A DNA stretch of 64,000 nt from Ostreococcus lucimarinus (lineage: Eukaryota), in NCBI GenBank assembly GCA_000092065.1, contig CP000595.1. One strand, 5' to 3'. Position numbers and translations under genes: made by a program. Below the pieces are notes generated by a model. The model made no database searches. It saw only the letters and a program-made list of their open reading frames with translations, and was not told the origin of the DNA. Below are positions 1 through 9,490 of the stretch, one piece after another (positions within the stretch are counted from its first letter, which is position 1; every line of letters starts with the position of its first letter).

Positions 1-1
1 A

Positions 2-817
2 GCGGCGTTTTTCGGCATGTTGTTCGGGAGCGAGCAAATGGAAGGGTTCGTGGGGAGGTTACAGCTCGCGTCGCTCGCCATGGCGGGGACGGATTTGACC
101 GGCGACGAACAGGATTTGCTGCAGAAACGCCGCGAGGCGAGGTTAGCGATCAAGCTCGCGGCGATGTGTGACGTGTACGTGGACATTGACTCGAAGATGG
201 GCACCGAAAAAGAGCGCGCGGCGCAATTTGTGGAGACGATGCGCCCCGTCGCGCAAACTTTGGCCAACGCGTCCTTCGGGCAAATCATGGTGCAAAAGAT
301 CGGCTGGGTGTACGCGATGGAGGCGGAGAAGTTCCTGCACGACCCACTCGCGGGAACGGGGACGTGGCTCGATCTCGGCTTGAGATCGACCGGGGTGACG
401 ATGCAACAAAAAGCATCCAAATGGAAGAATAAGTTTTCGGCGCTCAAGGCGGGGGTGAACATCTTTTCTACCGTCCAAAGCTCGGAGGCAGAGGTGCAAA
501 AGGCCACGAACGAGCAGCAGGCGAACGAGCTCAGGGCGAAACAGCAAAGAGACGTCTTACCGCACGTCCTCGACGCGCTCTGGTCGACTTCGAGCGTGGA
601 CATCGAGTCGACGCTTCGACACGTGTGCTCCAAGGTGCTTCACGACGCCAGCGTCGCGCAGTCTCGTCGCGCGGGTCGAGCGAAAGCTTTACTGTACTTG
701 GGTAAAATGTTTCAAGAGACGAAATCAACAGATCCCAAAGCGAAAGACGCAGCGGCGGTGCTTGAGGACGCCCTACGCGCCGCGTTTGAACCCGAGCGCG
801 GCGCCGACGACGCCTGA
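2..817 (+). CDS. C-terminal part of a DnaJ-X domain (Caj1/Djp1-like J-protein) gene; partial, 5' end lies upstream of the window
   Basis: The reading frame is open from the window edge with no stop in 2..16; the first ATG is at 17 and the TGA stop at 815-817. Residues such as SFGQIMVQKIGWVYAMEAEKFL and the preceding helical segments resemble the DnaJ-X C-terminal domain. A TGTAA motif sits at 831-835, just after the stop. Confidence 0.45.
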   Translation, partial: AAFFGMLFGSEQMEGFVGRLQLASLAMAGTDLTGDEQDLLQKRREARLAIKLAAMCDVYVDIDSKMGTEKERAAQFVETMRPVAQTLANASFGQIMVQKIGWVYAMEAEKFLHDPLAGTGTWLDLGLRSTGVTMQQKASKWKNKFSALKAGVNIFSTVQSSEAEVQKATNEQQANELRAKQQRDVLPHVLDALWSTSSVDIESTLRHVCSKVLHDASVAQSRRAGRAKALLYLGKMFQETKSTDPKAKDAAAVLEDALRAAFEPERGADDA

Positions 818-830
818 GCGCGTCTTTTCT

Positions 831-835
831 TGTAA
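831..835 (+). promoter_or_regulatory. Putative polyadenylation signal TGTAA (green-algal type) for the DnaJ-X gene
   Basis: The TGTAA is 14 nt downstream of the TGA stop at 815-817, in an AT-rich 87-bp convergent spacer shared with PDS. Confidence 0.35.
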
Positions 836-904
836 CACAACATTCCGACAAATGCATGCATAAATGAATAAATAAATCAACAAGCAAGTGCTAGCTATGA
901 TACA

Positions 905-2563
905 CTACGCCACGGATTCGTGCACGGGCTTGACGCGCGTCGTCGGCTCGACGCCCGCGAAGGTCTCGGCGACGACTTCGGCGGCGAGTTTTCCGGAGAG
1001 CACCGCGCCTTCCATGGACCCGAGAAACTTTTGCGACGTGTAATCACCCGCCAGGGTAAAGTTTTTGATCGGCGTGTGTTGACTCGGACGGAACTTGTTT
1101 CGTCCCGGAATCGCGGCGTACACGGAGCGTGGCGTCTTCACCACTGCAAACTTTCGAAGCTTGGCCCCCGACGCGCCGTCTTTACCCGCGCCGAGCTCAT
1201 CTGGGAACAGCGTTTCGAGCTCTTTCATCGTCGCCGCGACGATGTCTTCGTCGCTGGCGCCGATCCAGTTCACGTCGGAGCCTGCGCGTTTGTCGCACGG
1301 CGCGAAGACGAGCTCGAGCATGGAGCGGTCGTCGTCCTTATATTCTGCGCAGCATTCGGACATGTCCGCGTACACGCTGAGCAACGGCGAGCGACTGAAC
1401 ACAAGACCGTCGTACGGGCGCAACTTGCGGTCGAACCAGAGGTGCACGTTGATGACAGGGATGCCTTCGAGCTCGTTCAACTGCCTGAAAAACGGCATCG
1501 CTTTCCAAACGTCGGGAAGTTTTAATTTCAACGCGTCCACGGGCATGGCGGACACGTAATGGTCCGCCGTCATGATTTGACCGTCGCGCATCTTCACCCC
1601 CTCCACATTTCCGTCGGCGTCGACGAGAATTTCTTGCATGGGCGCGTCGGTGATGACTTTGCCGCCGCCCACGCGTTCGATGTGCTCCGCCATGGGAGCG
1701 CACAGCCTATCCGGTTGGTTTCCGTCCAAAAACGCAGTCTTGCTCCCGTGCGTCTCGTTGATGAACCGATTCATCGCCGTCAAAATGACCGTCATCGAGA
1801 GCTTATCAGCGTCGATAAAATCCAACGCCTTGCCCATGGCGATGAACAGCTCGTCGCGCACTCGCTTTGGCATGAAATTCTTCTTCATCCACTCCTCGCA
1901 CGACAACTCATCCTGGGCGTCGATGTAATCCTGTCCCCCGACCAACATGGGCACCAACGGCGCGCCCGTTCTCAATTTCTCGCTCCACGTCAACATCTTA
2001 TCGTTCGACAAAATCGCGTAACCCATATTGAGCGGCGCGGGCAAAGCCGGCGGAAAGTAAAACTTCGTAAACTCCCCGGGATAATCCTTCATCGCGAACG
2101 TCATCGCGTGCTCCTTCCACTGCAATCGATCCTCTATGTCGAGCTCTCGAAACAAATTCATCACATTCGGATACGCGCCGAAAAAAATGTGCAATCCAGT
2201 TTCGATCCAGTCGCCGTCGTCGTCTCGCCACGCGCTCACCTTGCCGCCCAGCGCCTTTCCTCGTTCGATCACCGTGGGCGCGCACCCCGCGTCGGCGAGA
2301 TACTTACCGCAGCTCAGGCCCGCGAGACCGCCGCCGATGACGAGCACCGTGGGCTTTTCCGGGGCGTCGTCGCGTCGCACGCGCGCGCGAAACGTCGCGA
2401 GCCTGGCGCTCTTCGCCTTGGCTTCTTGAAAGTTGGCGTTGGATTTGACGTCGAGGTCGGGCTTGGGGTAGTCGGCGCATCGCGTGCGAGGCGTCGCGGT
2501 GCGCGCGCGCGCGCCGGACGCGCGGGAGAGGGGGATGGGACGCGGCGCGAGGGCGGCGCGCAT
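905..2563 (-). CDS. PDS: 15-cis-phytoene desaturase (PDS), plastid-targeted
   Basis: The ORF 905..2614 begins with TTG; the first ATG is at 2563, which I verified as cat at 2561-2563. It has an N-terminal basic, Ala/Arg-rich transit peptide followed by the FAD dinucleotide fold VLVIGGGLAGLSCGKYLADAG. There is strong collinear similarity to plant and cyanobacterial PDS (GKVSAWRDDDGDWIETGLHIFFGAYPNVMNLFRELDIEDRLQWKEH...). Confidence 0.9.
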   Translation of the reverse strand: MRAALAPRPIPLSRASGARARTATPRTRCADYPKPDLDVKSNANFQEAKAKSARLATFRARVRRDDAPEKPTVLVIGGGLAGLSCGKYLADAGCAPTVIERGKALGGKVSAWRDDDGDWIETGLHIFFGAYPNVMNLFRELDIEDRLQWKEHAMTFAMKDYPGEFTKFYFPPALPAPLNMGYAILSNDKMLTWSEKLRTGAPLVPMLVGGQDYIDAQDELSCEEWMKKNFMPKRVRDELFIAMGKALDFIDADKLSMTVILTAMNRFINETHGSKTAFLDGNQPDRLCAPMAEHIERVGGGKVITDAPMQEILVDADGNVEGVKMRDGQIMTADHYVSAMPVDALKLKLPDVWKAMPFFRQLNELEGIPVINVHLWFDRKLRPYDGLVFSRSPLLSVYADMSECCAEYKDDDRSMLELVFAPCDKRAGSDVNWIGASDEDIVAATMKELETLFPDELGAGKDGASGAKLRKFAVVKTPRSVYAAIPGRNKFRPSQHTPIKNFTLAGDYTSQKFLGSMEGAVLSGKLAAEVVAETFAGVEPTTRVKPVHESVA

Positions 2564-2627
2564 GGCGACGTGTGCGGCCGGGACGCGGCGGGACGGGAGC
2601 GACGTATAATACAATCGAGTCGCTGGG

Positions 2628-5600
2628 CTACGACACCGCGCTCGGGGGGGTGAGCTTGTTCTTGACTCTGAGAACGTACTTTTTTAACGTGTCGTCGCCG
2701 CGGCGCGCGAGGTCGTCGAGGATGGGTTTCAACTTTCTCGACGCGACGCGCTCGCGGCACGCGCGATGGCGGCAGACGTTGCCGAGGGCGTACACGGCGA
2801 TCTTCACCACCTCGGCGTCGGCCGAGGGGTCGCCAACGACCTCGGATGGGGTGGACATCAAGTTGATAATGGCGTCGAGCGCGCCGGAGTTCACCATAAG
2901 ATCGCACAGAATGCCTGAATTGCGAACCAAGTTTCCGAGCGCGGCGCACGCGTTCGAGCGCGTCTTCGCCTCCTCGGTGGCGTCGAGCAAGTGCATGAGC
3001 GGATCCACAGCGGCGGTTAGTGGGCCGTACAAAGCGTCGGAATGAAACGCTGCGTTTCCAATCGCGAACGTTGCAAACTTGCGCGTCGTTCGGTCTCGAT
3101 CACCACATCGCTCGATGAGCTTTTCCAGCGTCTTGACGTCGCGGAATTCTTCGTAAAAGAAGTCGTCGTGGCGGCACACGTTTCCGATGGCGTTACACGC
3201 CCTCGCGCGCACGTTCGGGTCGTGATGATCCAGCAGATTCGTGATGCGCTCGATAACGTCTGCTTCGTCGATCAAGGGGTAGTTTTCCTTCTTCATGCGC
3301 GCCAACTGCATGATGACGATGAGCCAGTCGACGACGATTTGCGCGTTGCCGCGTTCGCCATCGAGAATCTTTGAGCACAGCGTCGGCTCTAAACCACCGT
3401 TTGCCAGGAACTCGCTCGCGAACACGCTCGGACCCATGACTAAGCGACTCAAGAGCGCGATCGGTGCCGGCCAAATCTCTCGCGGAGACGACTTCAAGCG
3501 AGCGATGAGCGCTTTCACGACGCCGCGTTCGCTCAAGATGCCTTGGTATCTTCGCATCGCCCGCTCCGTCGCTTCAGGGTCCATTTCGGGCGTAAGCATG
3601 TACTTGAACGGCAGGTGGAGAAGCTCCGACGCCGGGACAAGGGTGACGTCGTGAATGACGTCGCCGCTCATCTTCTTCCCAACCTTGGTGAACGCCGTGA
3701 GGGCCAAGCACAGCGCCTCGCACACGCCGACGTCGAGCATGGTCACGACGGGGTGCCGCGTGCGCGAGCTCAACAGGGGCTCCATGGCGCACAACACCGC
3801 CGCCGCTAATTTCGCGTTATCAGAGGTAATCGTCCGCTTTGAGGTTTCGTCGACGACTATGGCGGCTAATATGCGCACGCCGTCCGCGTCGATCGCCTGC
3901 GCTCGAACGTCGTCGCTCGCGTCGGCGACGAGTCTCAGCAATTTCGCCGAGTGCGTCTTCGTCGTCGCGCTCCTAATGAGCTTTTGCGTGCCATCTTTCT
4001 TCAGTGATAGCGTCGCGGCGACGTAAGCGGTCAATGGCCCAATTTCCGTCGCCGCAAACAACGCCCGACACGTCTCTGTGGCTGTCGCTTGCGTAGACGA
4101 CTTCGCCAATGCCTGACACAACGCGTCGGTGACACCGCCGCCGCCCTTGGAACTGTGCGGCCCTAGAGCGCTGCGCGTCGCTGCGAGTTCGGCACTCAAC
4201 CCTCGCGCTTTTGCGCTTTCTATGGCGTCTGCAATCGCTCGTGACGCCGTCGTCGCTACCGTCTCGCCGACGTCTCGATTTGTGTACCCGAGCAATTTGC
4301 CGAGAAATATCAAGTAACCGTTCAAGCCGAGTCCGCACCACGGTGACGGGCCGTCGGGAGACGCCATGGCGGATACGACACTGATGGCCAGCGCCAATAA
4401 TTCGGGTTGCGGTGGATCCACCGCGTTCGCCGCTGTCGTGCACGCTGCGATGACTGCCGCGGGCATTTCTTTCGTCATCGCCGTTGATCCACCGCCGACG
4501 CTCATCAGCGTCGCGCGCGGCACGCGCATCATCGCCAACGTCGTCCTCAAAGCCGACGCAATATCCGCCATTTTCGTCGGCCTAGCTTCTACTTTCTTTG
4601 AGGCAAGCGTGCGGTTCGAGATGTAGCTCGGCAAAAACTTGCTGCGATACGACGTCTGCGGCTGAAGCGTGTCCAAGAGCTTGGTCAACGCCGCTCTGTC
4701 GCGTCTCAAACCCGCCGCGGATTCCGCAGACTGCCTCGCAGTGTTCTCCAACTCGCGCAAAACCTCGCTCACGTCTTCCATACTCGTCGCCGTTATTGTA
4801 CCATTCGCGTCTGCGACTCTCCCGTCGCGTCGCCCCGCACCCATGGTGCTCTGTCTTTGGCGTTCACTTGTCGGCCTTGACGGCGTCCTCGGCGACACGT
4901 CATCCTCAATGGCGTCGGGCGCCGCTTCATCACCGCTCTCGTCGCCGTCCTTGCGCACGAACGGGTGATCAAGTACGGACGGCCAATTCAATCGCTGCTG
5001 CGGCTTCTTGTTGAGTAATCCTTGCAGAAACGATTTAAACGACGGGCTCATCGTGTCCGGCCACTTGACGTCCTCCTTGACGATTTTCTGAATCAACGTA
5101 TAAATAGACGTCGTGTAAAACGGCGGTTGCCCGACGAACAACTCGTATAAAATCACCCCAACGCTCCATAAATCTACCGCATGATCGTACGGTTGCTCCT
5201 GCACGAGCTCGGGCGCCATGTACAACGGCGTTCCCTTGATAGAAGTCATCACCAACGACGACTTGCTCATCGATCGCGCCAATCCAAAATCGCACACCTT
5301 GACGCACCGATCGGTACCGATCAATATGTTCTGCGGCTTCAAATCTCTATGAATCACCCGATTACTGTGCAAATAATACAACGCATCGACGAGCTGCCGC
5401 GCGATCATCCGCACCTCCTTCTCCGGCAACCGCGCGTCGTGTTCCAACACGTCGTAGAGCACCCCTTGCGCAAACTCCATCACCACGACGAACTCCATGT
5501 TCGTCTCGAACGCGTCCAGCATCTTGATCACGTTCGGATGATCGAGCGTTTTCATGATATCGATCTCACTTCGCAAGCTCACCAAATCTCGCTCGGATTT

Positions 5601-5816
5601 CCCGTGTTTCGGGATAAACTTCATCGCGCACGCCCGTCCGCTGTATCGCTGCCGCGCCTGAAACACCTTCCCGAACGATCCCTCACCGACCGGTCGCAAT
5701 ATGACGTAATCATCCAGCGTCGTTTTGCTTCGAAGCGGCGCGCGACCGGGGGCGTTCGCGTCGCCGTTGCGCTCGCGGAGCGTCGTCGGCGACGCCGCGG
5801 TCGTCGGGTTTTCCAT
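2628..5816 (-). CDS. Serine/threonine protein kinase of the Fused/STK36/TIO family with C-terminal ARM/HEAT repeats
   Basis: ATG at 5816 was verified. The N-terminal kinase domain has GEGSFGKVFQARQ, HRDLKPQNILI, DFGLAR and APE motifs and closely resembles Fused/STK36. A long helical repeat region of about 800 aa follows, consistent with the ARM repeats of Fused/TIO. The stop is at 2628. Confidence 0.8.
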   Translation of the reverse strand: MENPTTAASPTTLRERNGDANAPGRAPLRSKTTLDDYVILRPVGEGSFGKVFQARQRYSGRACAMKFIPKHGKSERDLVSLRSEIDIMKTLDHPNVIKMLDAFETNMEFVVVMEFAQGVLYDVLEHDARLPEKEVRMIARQLVDALYYLHSNRVIHRDLKPQNILIGTDRCVKVCDFGLARSMSKSSLVMTSIKGTPLYMAPELVQEQPYDHAVDLWSVGVILYELFVGQPPFYTTSIYTLIQKIVKEDVKWPDTMSPSFKSFLQGLLNKKPQQRLNWPSVLDHPFVRKDGDESGDEAAPDAIEDDVSPRTPSRPTSERQRQSTMGAGRRDGRVADANGTITATSMEDVSEVLRELENTARQSAESAAGLRRDRAALTKLLDTLQPQTSYRSKFLPSYISNRTLASKKVEARPTKMADIASALRTTLAMMRVPRATLMSVGGGSTAMTKEMPAAVIAACTTAANAVDPPQPELLALAISVVSAMASPDGPSPWCGLGLNGYLIFLGKLLGYTNRDVGETVATTASRAIADAIESAKARGLSAELAATRSALGPHSSKGGGGVTDALCQALAKSSTQATATETCRALFAATEIGPLTAYVAATLSLKKDGTQKLIRSATTKTHSAKLLRLVADASDDVRAQAIDADGVRILAAIVVDETSKRTITSDNAKLAAAVLCAMEPLLSSRTRHPVVTMLDVGVCEALCLALTAFTKVGKKMSGDVIHDVTLVPASELLHLPFKYMLTPEMDPEATERAMRRYQGILSERGVVKALIARLKSSPREIWPAPIALLSRLVMGPSVFASEFLANGGLEPTLCSKILDGERGNAQIVVDWLIVIMQLARMKKENYPLIDEADVIERITNLLDHHDPNVRARACNAIGNVCRHDDFFYEEFRDVKTLEKLIERCGDRDRTTRKFATFAIGNAAFHSDALYGPLTAAVDPLMHLLDATEEAKTRSNACAALGNLVRNSGILCDLMVNSGALDAIINLMSTPSEVVGDPSADAEVVKIAVYALGNVCRHRACRERVASRKLKPILDDLARRGDDTLKKYVLRVKNKLTPPSAVS

Positions 5817-6152
5817 CGGTCGCGCGCGGGGGGACGTCGAGATTCGACGCGATCGACTACGATTTCAGCGTCGACGAGCGCGCGCGGGGCGATTCGCGCG
5901 CGCGCGAGCGCGTCGCGAGTCGTCGTTGACGCGTCGGCGACGTCTCGCGGTGTCGCGCGTCGGTCCCGGCGCGCGGAACGCGCGCGAGTGCAGATTGTCG
6001 CGGTGACAGCTCGAGTATTCTTTGAAATCGACGCCGCGGGACAAATCGCCGCGCGACACCATCGATGTGAACGCGCGAGACGCGAGCGCGACGGTGGGAA
6101 CGGCCTGAAGAAAGAAGCGTTGTTACACGGTGCGCGAGGGCGGGACGGGTGA

Positions 6153-9100
6153 TCATCGCTTGCCGCGACCGCGACCGCCGCGGCCGCCTTTGCCGCCGCG
6201 GCCGCCCTTGCCGGCGCGCTTGGCGGAAGCGCGTTCGCCGCGTGCGTCGGCGAGCTGACGCTTGTCGACGCTCGGGCCGCCGGCGTTGCCGCGATGATAC
6301 TTGCGAGCGACGACGACTTTCCGAGGCTTTTTGATCGCGCCGCTTGTCGCTCGGCGCGCCTTGGCGAAGACGCGCTCGATTTCCTTGGCTTTGCTGACGT
6401 CGGGAACGTCGTCTTGCTCGATGATGGCGGAGGCGCGTACTCGGGCTTGAGAAATCTTCGCCTCCGCGCGTTTCTTCTTACGCCATTTCGCTTCGGCGAC
6501 TTTCTTGATCGGGCGCGTGTTCACCGCGGCGAGCTGCGCCTTGGCCTCGGCGAGCTCAGCGGCGGTGTACTGCGGAATCGGCTTCATAAAGCGACGCTCG
6601 TCTTCAGCGAACCAGTCGGGCACGTCGTCGTCATCGAAGGCGTAGCGGTTGTACGCGTCTTCGATGAGTTCTTCGCGGTCCTTCTTGCGAATCATCTTCT
6701 TCCCTAAAGCTAAGATTCGCGCCCGAGTGTCGTCGGAGAGCTCGTCGACTTCGGAATCGTACCCGTAGCCCTCCGCGTCGGAGTCGCTATCTGTAGGCGG
6801 TTCCGCCTCGGCAGTGACGACTTCGAAATCGCCACCATCGACGGCTTTGCGTCTCTTTTGCCGCGTGGTGTCTTCATCGGATTCGTCGTCGTACGTGTCG
6901 TCGCGCGCGGCGCCCTTTCCGCCGCGACCCGATCCCTTCGTCTTCGCCTCCGACTTGGCTTTCTTTTCCTTTGCCTTGGCTCTGAGATCATCGAAATTTT
7001 CCTCTTCGTCTTCGGTCGCTTGTTTTTTCTTCTTTTTCTCCTTCTTGCTCGATTTGACTGGAACTTCCTCCTCGTCTTCATCGCTGTCTAAAGCTTCCGC
7101 GGGCGCGGCCTTGGCCTTCTTTCCGCTCGCAAACAAGTCGTTCGAGAACCACATGTCCGCAGCCTTGACGGCGTTTTTCTTTTGCTTAGTGCCGAGATCG
7201 ACGACGAGCGGGTTTGCATCTTTCTTCGACTTGGACTTTTTACCTTTAGGCGCGTCCTCGTCCTCGTCTGCGTCGTCCCACTCGAGCTCGTCGCTGTCCG
7301 ACTTGAATTCGTCGTCCGCGGGGTCGCTCGCGTCGTCGTCGTCTCCGTCTTCGTCGCTTGAGTCTTCGTCGTCCAACTCCCCCGCGCCGAGTTCAGTGCG
7401 CCTATCTCTACCCTTGCTAGCCTCGGTGAACTTTTCACCCTTTTTCTGTCGACGCGCCTTGTACATGTCCCACATGTCATCGACTTCTTTATCTAATCTT
7501 CGCTCGTCCTCTTCGGTGTCGGAATCGGCGTCCGAGTCGTCCTCTGGCTCCTCGTCGCTATCGCGCGCGGCGTCGATGCCCGGCGTCGGCGCCTTGGAGA
7601 CGACGTCGAGCGCACCTTTGGTTTTGATGCGCGCGAGCGAGAACAAATCCATCTCTTGCTCCACGATCGCCTCGCCGCTGCTCGCCAACCCTCTCGCGAC
7701 GCGAAGACGCTCCTTGGCTTTGATTTTAGCCCTCTTCTTCTTGTCTCGTCTGGCTTGGGCATCCATCGAGTTTTTCAACTCGCTCATCTCGTCCAAGAGT
7801 TGATCCTTTTCATCGCCGGCGTTTTCGTCATCGCTATCGCCAGCTTCTTCTTCTTCGCCGGATGACTCGTCGGAGGAATCCTCGTCGTCGTCTTCGCCGC
7901 GTTTGCCGCCTTTGCGAGCGTGCTTCTTCTTTTCGAGTCCCGCTTGCTTACGAATCGTCATGCGCCAACGAAGCAAGAGCTTGAAGTCAGCCTTTCCTAA
8001 AACACCAAGATCGCTCATCAACGAACGAATTTCATCCGTCGTCGTCGGGTGATTGTCGAGATCCATCCATCCTTCCTCGGGCGGTTCCAAACCTTTTCGA
8101 TTCTGCGTCGAGAAAAAGTCAAATCGGTCAGTCGTCGTCGTCGTCGTCGTCGGATCCCAGAGAGAAAAAGTCACAAAAGTACGAGCGATCGAAAGCCTCA
8201 GATGGGTAAACGGCATTGTACTATAGGTTTGTTTCAGCAGGGGCTCTGACCTCCCTTCAAACAAACTGTGAAGCTGTATCTTCATAAGCTTTCGATCGCC
8301 GCGAGAAAAACGTCGCGCTCTTGACGACGCACCTTGCCGTCCAAAATAAACGTGTGATGACTCCCAAGCATTTCTCCCGGCTTTTCGTTCACGATGAATT
8401 CTTCCGCCGTGCATTCTTTGTACAGCGTGGACACGCCGTCTTCGTAACCGCTACGATTCCGCTTTCGCTTGCCGTTGTCCTTCGTGACGTCGAGCGGCTG
8501 AATCTCCGCCTCGGTGTCCGCAAACAAATGCCTCGCATCCAATAATCTTGGATCAATCTTCGTCGGCGCCAGGTACCCACTACACACCACGTAAATTTCA
8601 GCCGAGGTTCCGCGCGACGCCACGGGCTTGGTGCTCTCAACCTTTTTAAACAACTGTTGAAACGCGTACAACAACGCGTGATACTCGACGCTCCGGAAAA
8701 CCTTCGTCACGAACCACCCTCCCGGCCCCAAAAACTCCGTCGCCAGCCGCAACGAATCCAACGTCAGCGCCGCCTGCGTGTACGACTCCTTCGCGAAGTT
8801 CCCACCGACGTTCGGCGCCCCATCGTGTATCACCACGTCGTACTTTAATCCCTGCGGCGTCACGCGTTTCAGCGCCGCGCGACAGCTCTGCGTCGTGATA
8901 TCCTCCACCAGCGTCGTCACCCCTCGAATCGGTCGAATCGGCGCTAAATCCACCCCCACGATCGTCGAGCTCATGGGCATGTATTTCTGCGCCACTTGCA
9001 GCCATCCACCGGGCGCGGCGCACAGATCCATGCACGCGCGCGCCTTTGACAAAAAGTCATACTTCCGGTTCAACTGCACGAGCTTAAACGCCGCGCGCGA

Positions 9101-9342
9101 GCGGAACCCTTGCTCCTTGGCGAGGTAGTAGTACTTATCTGCGATCGATCGCGCGCATCTCGCGCGCTCGCGGGTCAGTCTGGCGCTCGCGCGCGTCGAC
9201 GCGGCGTCGATTCGGTTTGCGGCGGCGGCGGCGGCGGCGCAACTCGCGCGCGGCTCGCGCGCGGCTCGCGCGTCGCGCGCGGCTCGCGCGCGGCGAACGA
9301 CGTCGTACCTAATCGATGCTTCCCCTTGGCGCGTTTGCCCAT
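6153..9342 (-). CDS. SPB1: AdoMet-dependent rRNA 2'-O-methyltransferase Spb1/FtsJ3; 3 exons (9342..9309, 9138..8333, 8102..6153)
   Basis: Two ORFs in different frames (8282..9412 and 6153..8414) both match Spb1: the FtsJ methyltransferase domain and the DUF3381/Spb1_C part. Exon 1 encodes [11 protein letters not shown] followed by a G; a GTACGA donor at 9308 and a CAG acceptor ending at 9139 rebuild the conserved start MGK...[11 protein letters not shown], as in yeast MGKTQKKNSKGRLDRYYYLAKE. A second intron (GTGCGT donor at 8332, CTGAC branch, CAG acceptor at 8103-8105) joins ...FILDGK to [12 protein letters not shown]...[27 protein letters not shown], in frame. The C-terminus is acidic and lysine-rich, as in Spb1. 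Confidence 0.8.
8103..8332 (-). other. Intron 2 of SPB1 (230 nt, lower GC, contains a (CGA)n microsatellite)
   Basis: GTGCGTCG donor, ACTGACC branch-like motif and a pyrimidine tract followed by CGCAG acceptor. Without splicing the reading frame hits a TGA at 8282-8284. The joined exons align with the yeast Spb1 region between the methyltransferase domain and the TTDEFRS motif. Confidence 0.6.
9139..9308 (-). other. Intron 1 of SPB1 (170 nt, GC-rich, internal CGCGCGGCTCG and GGC repeats)
   Basis: On the minus strand it runs GTACGACG...ACTGACCCGCGAGCGCGCGAGATGCGCGCGATCGATCGCAG. Removing it restores the conserved Spb1 N-terminus. An ACTGAC branch-site-like motif lies about 40 nt before the AG. 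Confidence 0.7.
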
Positions 9343-9490
9343 GCCTGCGACGACGCGAGGCGCGAGGCGCGGAGTGCGACGCGACGCCCGGGATACTTTG
9401 ACAAAAAGTCATGCTTCCGACAGCGTCGGACGCTCGAATGGATGGGAAAGGGCGATGCGCGAGCGATCAAAGGACATCGCGCGATTAATA

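Noticed and set aside
2564-2614. ORF-track start codons at 2614 (PDS), 13952 (Psb28), 19846 (MCRS1), 22126 (PAT), 29881 (NEDD8), 33420 (FtsHi), 42338 (DOHH), 48667 (DGAT2) and 63996
   Set aside because: I read the plus-strand bases directly and these are TTG or GTG, not ATG. For a eukaryotic nuclear genome I trimmed to the first in-frame ATG. This also matched ortholog N-termini, for example MIKVKTLTG for NEDD8.
8282-8414. Interpreting SPB1, the DPCK gene and RPN5 as frameshifted pseudogenes, or the 8282-8414 overlap as two overlapping genes
   Set aside because: Canonical GT...CTGAC...CAG introns of the exact length classes needed (3n, 3n+1) restore in-frame, residue-level alignment to orthologs. 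The overlap segments translate into non-conserved or stop-containing sequence.
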